A stretch of 64,000 nt of DNA from Chloroflexota bacterium (lineage in GTDB: Bacteria > Chloroflexota > UBA11872 > UBA12225 > JAJDUF01), in the NCBI GenBank assembly GCA_965238265.1, contig OZ250185.1:1949255-2013254 (forward strand), given 5' to 3'. A program made the position numbers and the translations under genes. The notes beneath the pieces were generated by a model, which was not told the DNA's origin, did no database searches, and worked only from the letters and a program-made list of their open reading frames with translations. This document shows positions 59,913 through 64,000 of the stretch, in pieces (positions within the stretch are counted from its first letter, which is position 1; every line of letters begins with the position of its first letter).

Positions 59913-61046
59913 ATGAAGATAACGAACGTTACCGCTTACCCGGTACACGATGGGAAGGATGCGCTCTTTGTGGTCGTGGACACGGACGCCGGCCTCAGCG
60001 GCGTGGGTGAGGCCGGGGCGACACCGCAGCTGCTCGCCATCGCCGCCTACGTCGAAGGCCACCTCAAGCCGTTCCTGCTCGGTGAAGACCCGTTTCGCAC
60101 GGAGCACCTGTGGCAGCGGATGTTCCGCGGCGGCTTCTTCCCCGGCGGCGTCGTGGTGTCGAGCGCCGTATCGGCCATAGACATTGCGCTGTGGGACATC
60201 AAGGGCCAGGCGCTAGGTGTGCCCGTGTATGAGCTGCTGGGAGGCCGCGCCCGTGACCGGGTCGTGTGCTATCCCCATAACGGCGGTGGCAGCGTCGAGG
60301 CGCTGGTCGAGAGCTGCCTACGCACGAAGGAGCAGGGCTGGAAGTTCGTCCGCTTCAGCCCGAATACTGCGGGCGATCTGTTCGAGCCGGCGCGGGCCGT
60401 GCGCGAGTCGATTGCCATGGTCGAAGCGGTACGCAATGCCGTCGGCGACGACATCGAAATCTGCTTCGATGTCCATACCCGGCTGGACCCCGCCGATACG
60501 ATCCGGTTCTGCCGCGCGGTCGAGCCTTACCATCCCTTCTTTATCGAAGACCCCATCCGCAGCGAGAACGCGGCTTCATTCCACCACTTGCGCCGCCATG
60601 TGTCGGTCCCGCTCGCAGCGGGCGAGCAGTACGCCAGCAAGTGGGAGTTCCGCGAGTTGATCGAGAACGACCTGATTGACTACGCCCGCACCGATCTCTG
60701 CATCGTCGGCGGGATTACGGAAGCCAAGAAGGTCGCCGGCTGGGCCGAAACTCACTACATCAAGCTGGCCACGCACAATCCGCTGGGGCCGGTTTCATCC
60801 GCCGCCTGTCTCGCGCTCAATCTGGCGAGCAACAACGTTGGTGTGATGGAGCAGCCCCAGAAGCCGGGTACGGCGCTGACCAACGTGGTGCCGGTGCAGA
60901 TGACCTGGGAAGACGGCTACCTGCTCCCGCCGGAGCGGCCGGGGCTGGGTGTGGTATTCGACCGCGAGGCGGCTGCGCGCCTGCCCTATCGCCCCGGAGC
61001 ACGATCCCACCTCCACCGCGAGGACGGCTCTTTCACCAACTGGTGA
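59913..61046 (+). CDS. enolase-superfamily enzyme (mandelate racemase / muconate lactonising enzyme; D-galactonate / D-mannonate dehydratase-like)
   Basis: MKITNVTAYPV starts the N-terminal capping domain, and metal ligands lie in the barrel (DVHTRLD, EDP). Start was taken at the ATG at 59913. Confidence 0.8.
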   Translation: MKITNVTAYPVHDGKDALFVVVDTDAGLSGVGEAGATPQLLAIAAYVEGHLKPFLLGEDPFRTEHLWQRMFRGGFFPGGVVVSSAVSAIDIALWDIKGQALGVPVYELLGGRARDRVVCYPHNGGGSVEALVESCLRTKEQGWKFVRFSPNTAGDLFEPARAVRESIAMVEAVRNAVGDDIEICFDVHTRLDPADTIRFCRAVEPYHPFFIEDPIRSENAASFHHLRRHVSVPLAAGEQYASKWEFRELIENDLIDYARTDLCIVGGITEAKKVAGWAETHYIKLATHNPLGPVSSAACLALNLASNNVGVMEQPQKPGTALTNVVPVQMTWEDGYLLPPERPGLGVVFDREAAARLPYRPGARSHLHREDGSFTNW

Positions 61047-61165
61047 TGCTAAATTGACCATGTGCGGCGGCGGCCCACTCACTGCCAAGGAAGGGGAGTC
61101 CTGATGCTCGGTCGGCTAGGGGCCGCCTGCTTGGCAGGTAGGGGGAATAAACAGGGCTGGACAGG

Positions 61166-62218
61166 ATGGGAGAGAAGAACGAGACGGTGAAGGTGACCAA
61201 GAGACGGGTAGCGATGGGTGTAGTGGCGCTAGTGGCGCTGCTAGTAGTGGGGTGTGAGTCGGAGGGGACCGCGCCGGCTGCGAAGCCGGGCGGTGAGGTG
61301 GCGCCGGTGGCGCCGACGGCTGTGCCTCCGAAAGCTACGGCGACGATGGACACGGCACTGTCAGTGGTGAAGTATGTGTCTTGGTGTAGCTCGCTCACTA
61401 GCTCGCTCACACGGGACGAGAATAGCGAACAAGCGACGGTTACTTACGGGGAGATTAGGGGAATCTTCGCTAGTGCGTTGAAGGAGTATCAGAACGTCGT
61501 CCCGCCAGATGACCTGCGATCATACCACGCGGGTATGCAGTCTACGTTGCAGCTTGCGCTTGGCTCGATCAAGGACTTCCCAGACAGTCAACAAGTCGGG
61601 TTCGAGGCGCTAGGATGGGCACTGTTGGTTGAGGCGGCACAAGAAGCTGCTGTGGAGACTATACCCGCAGCGCTTCGAGGCAGGCTTGAAGATGCTGGAT
61701 GTATGCATTTAGTTTCTAGCGAGGGGGATGGTGAAGAGTTTACGACGGCGGCTTCTACCTCAGAGCCGACGCCAACCCCTGTTCCTGTGGGTGTGTCTGC
61801 GAGTGCGCCCGACGGATGGAAAATCCGCGTGAACGGTACTCTGTGAGGAGACCAGGCGCAACTCACGTTGGTTGCTTACAAGCGGCAGAAAAACCACAAC
61901 TATCGAGTGCCTACGCCCGAAGCTGGAAGGCAGTTCGTACTTGTGCATGTCACCATGCAACGAGATGGTGCCAGCCCTGATCGTCCGAATACCGGAGAGT
62001 TCGGGATTTTCGGCGATGAGAAGGTGATCTACAACACCGAGTTCCATGGGGATGAAGTAGTACCAGAAAGTCTGATATCTGCAAACAGGGTGCTACAAGG
62101 AGGCTCGGTGAGTGGCAATCTGCTTTTTTCCATCCCCCTATCCGAGAAGGGACAGCTAACTTTGCTGTACGGTGACAGTGAGTATCTCTTCGCTTTCGAG
62201 ACACCTAAAGAACAGTAG
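61166..62218 (+). pseudogene. lipoprotein with a DUF4352-like domain, interrupted by an in-frame TGA (61844-61846); lower-GC DNA
   Basis: A lipobox (LLVVGC) is present. ORFs 61166..61846 and 61868..62218 are in the same frame, and the peptide reads continuously across the stop (GWKIRVNGTL*GDQAQLTLVAYK). Confidence 0.6.
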
Positions 62219-62300
62219 CCCACTAGGCTGCGGGGTAGCTGGTGGGTGGTGGATTTCGCCGCAATGACGGGTCTGGGTGGCGGCCACTCACCACTCACCA

Positions 62301-63740
62301 CTAGCCACTGATCAGGGCGCTCGCGGGCACCTGCACGACACTGCTGGCCCCCCGGTCGAGCATGAAGAGCGTCCCCTGGCTGTCTACGGCCAGCGCGGTG
62401 ACGCGGAAGAACTGTCCGGGGCCGTAGCGAGCCGACTGGCGCTGCGCGAGCAGCTGGCCCTCTGCCGAGTATTTCGCAACCCACTTCTCGCTAGTGACGT
62501 AGACGTTCCCCGCGGCGTCGGTGGCGACGGCGGTCGGAGCGACCGGCTCGGTCTGCGGGTCGAGCGGGTCGGTGTTGATCTCCCAATGTAGGAGCGGGTG
62601 GCCGCTCGGCGAGAACTTCTGGATGCGGTTGTTGCCGCTGTCCGCGACATAGATGTTGCCCGCGGCGTCGAGCGCTAGGTCCCGGGGCCAGAGCAGCTGG
62701 CCGGGGTCGGAGCCTTGGCCGCCCCACACTGCCAGCGGTTCGCCGGTGGGGGATAGCTTCTGGACCCGATGTCCCCAGTACTCGGCGACGTACAGGTTAC
62801 CGTGCGTATCCACCGCCACCGCCGTCGGATGATCGAACTGCCCCGGTTCCCGCCCGTAGGCCCCCCATTGCGCCAGCGGCTGCCCGGTTGGCGAGAGCTT
62901 CTGGACCCGGTGGCCCCAATAATCGGCGACGTAGATGTGGCCCTGGGCATCCACGGCGACGCTTCTGGGGCCGCGGAATTGCCCCGGCCCATCGCCGCTT
63001 GTCCCCCACACCGCGAGCGGTTGGCCGGCAACTGAGAGCTTCTGGATGCGGTCGTTATCGTAGTCCGCGACGTAGACGTGTCCGGCTGCGTCTACCGCGA
63101 TTCCCCGTGGGTCGTCGAACTCGCCCGGAGTGTCTCCGAACTCGCCCCAAGCTAGGGTCGGGCCGGTCACCAGCGGGAGCGCAGCGCGGTGCAGGCTCGT
63201 CACTCCCAGCCCGAATTCCCGCTCCCAAGCGGCCGGTTCATAGACCAGGGCGCCGTAGTTGCGCCAGCCGATGCCGAACAGTTCAAGGTCGGCGACCGAC
63301 TGGATGTGCAGCAGCCGGGGCACGGCGTCGGCGCTGGGCCATTGCACGAGGTAGAGCAAGGCGCCGTCCTTTAGCAGCCCGGCCGAGAGCCAAGGATCGC
63401 CACGCCGCAAGTCTTGAAGCTCCGACAGGGTGACTTCCGTCCGGTTCTCCCAGTTGACCTGCCGTCCGGCCAGGGCACGAGTGTCACCTACCCAGTGCAG
63501 GGTCTCATCGTCGTCGGCGACCCAGAGGTGTGGCGTGCCCTGGAGGGAGACGACCGCGCCAGCGGTGAGTGCCGGCTCGTGGGCTACATCGGCCCATACG
63601 GCCGGCACAGGCGCCAGACTGATGCTCAACAACGTCAGTAACCCGACGATCACGCTGAGACCGCGCCGGTTAGCCGGCATACTGAGCCTGGGGCCGGTCG
63701 AGCGTGTGCCGCGGCGGTAGGAGCGCATGATGTTCCTCAC
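62301..63740 (-). CDS. NHL-repeat (six-bladed beta-propeller) protein with an N-terminal signal/anchor
   Basis: Motifs of the form YVAD(Y/S)xNxRIQK(L/F)S recur six times. Confidence 0.85.
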   Translation of the reverse strand: MRNIMRSYRRGTRSTGPRLSMPANRRGLSVIVGLLTLLSISLAPVPAVWADVAHEPALTAGAVVSLQGTPHLWVADDDETLHWVGDTRALAGRQVNWENRTEVTLSELQDLRRGDPWLSAGLLKDGALLYLVQWPSADAVPRLLHIQSVADLELFGIGWRNYGALVYEPAAWEREFGLGVTSLHRAALPLVTGPTLAWGEFGDTPGEFDDPRGIAVDAAGHVYVADYDNDRIQKLSVAGQPLAVWGTSGDGPGQFRGPRSVAVDAQGHIYVADYWGHRVQKLSPTGQPLAQWGAYGREPGQFDHPTAVAVDTHGNLYVAEYWGHRVQKLSPTGEPLAVWGGQGSDPGQLLWPRDLALDAAGNIYVADSGNNRIQKFSPSGHPLLHWEINTDPLDPQTEPVAPTAVATDAAGNVYVTSEKWVAKYSAEGQLLAQRQSARYGPGQFFRVTALAVDSQGTLFMLDRGASSVVQVPASALISG

Positions 63741-63820
63741 CCCTCAGGATTATGGCGGGCGGCGAGCGTGCCGTAAAGCAGATGTTCTTGCTGTCATCGG
63801 CACGAAAATAACACCCATCC

Positions 63821-63910
63821 GTCATTGCGGCGGAAGCCGCAATCCACGTTCCCCTGCGGAGCGGGGGGCATAGGGGGCCGTCATTCCCGCGCACGCGGGA
63901 AGGTGGATTC
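63821..63910. repeat. mosaic repeat: the dRS3-like hairpin gtcattgcggcggaagccgcaatcc, the G-rich module cccctgcggagcggggggcataggggg, and an imperfect gtcattcccgcgcacgcgggaaggtggattc hairpin
   Basis: Seen directly. Confidence 0.8.
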
Positions 63911-64000
63911 ACATTGGAAGTGCAACACGTCGTTCCAGAAGACTTCCGCGGGCGTCCGGTCGCCCAGACACTTGCGGGGCGTATGATTGTACAACGGCAC

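Overview
This is a high-GC (roughly 68%, estimated by eye) bacterial chromosomal window whose backbone consists mostly of housekeeping and envelope-polysaccharide genes. Backbone genes, in order: an ECF sigma factor with a putative anti-sigma factor and an ABC-2 transporter; the rpmE / DUF1385 / prfA operon; mutY; tRNA-Phe; a LysE-family exporter; and a Gfo/Idh/MocA oxidoreductase. Next comes a surface-polysaccharide cluster (GT4, a flippase-like membrane protein, a Wzy/O-antigen-ligase-like protein, UDP-xylose synthase, and two clan GH-A hydrolases, one of them fused to a Wzy-like membrane domain). After that: lon, a PHP phosphoesterase, an MFS transporter, a GT2 enzyme, a heterodimeric ABC exporter pair, gmk, a DegT-family aminotransferase, priA, def-fmt, the pdhA/pdhB/E2/lpdA operon, an XdhC-N / VWA / MoxR module, an enolase-superfamily enzyme and an NHL-repeat protein. 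Three things stand out from this ordinary backbone. First, there are several short lower-GC (about 55-60%) patches that look horizontally acquired. One sits immediately 3' of tRNA-Phe and carries a degraded RapA-like SNF2 ATPase. Three of the genes in these patches (rapA-like, vapC-like, a DUF4352 lipoprotein) are each interrupted by an in-frame TGA codon. Second, the PriA homologue has degenerate Walker A and Walker B motifs. Third, the intergenic space is packed with mosaic GC-rich palindromic repeat elements (dRS3-like hairpins of the form ATTCC(C/G)GC-N4-6-GC(G/C)GGAAT) whose stems show compensatory covariation. No CRISPR array, integrase or transposase was recognised. Coordinates from the ORF track are reliable. 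Coordinates I derived by hand for starts, repeats and terminators may be off by a few nucleotides.
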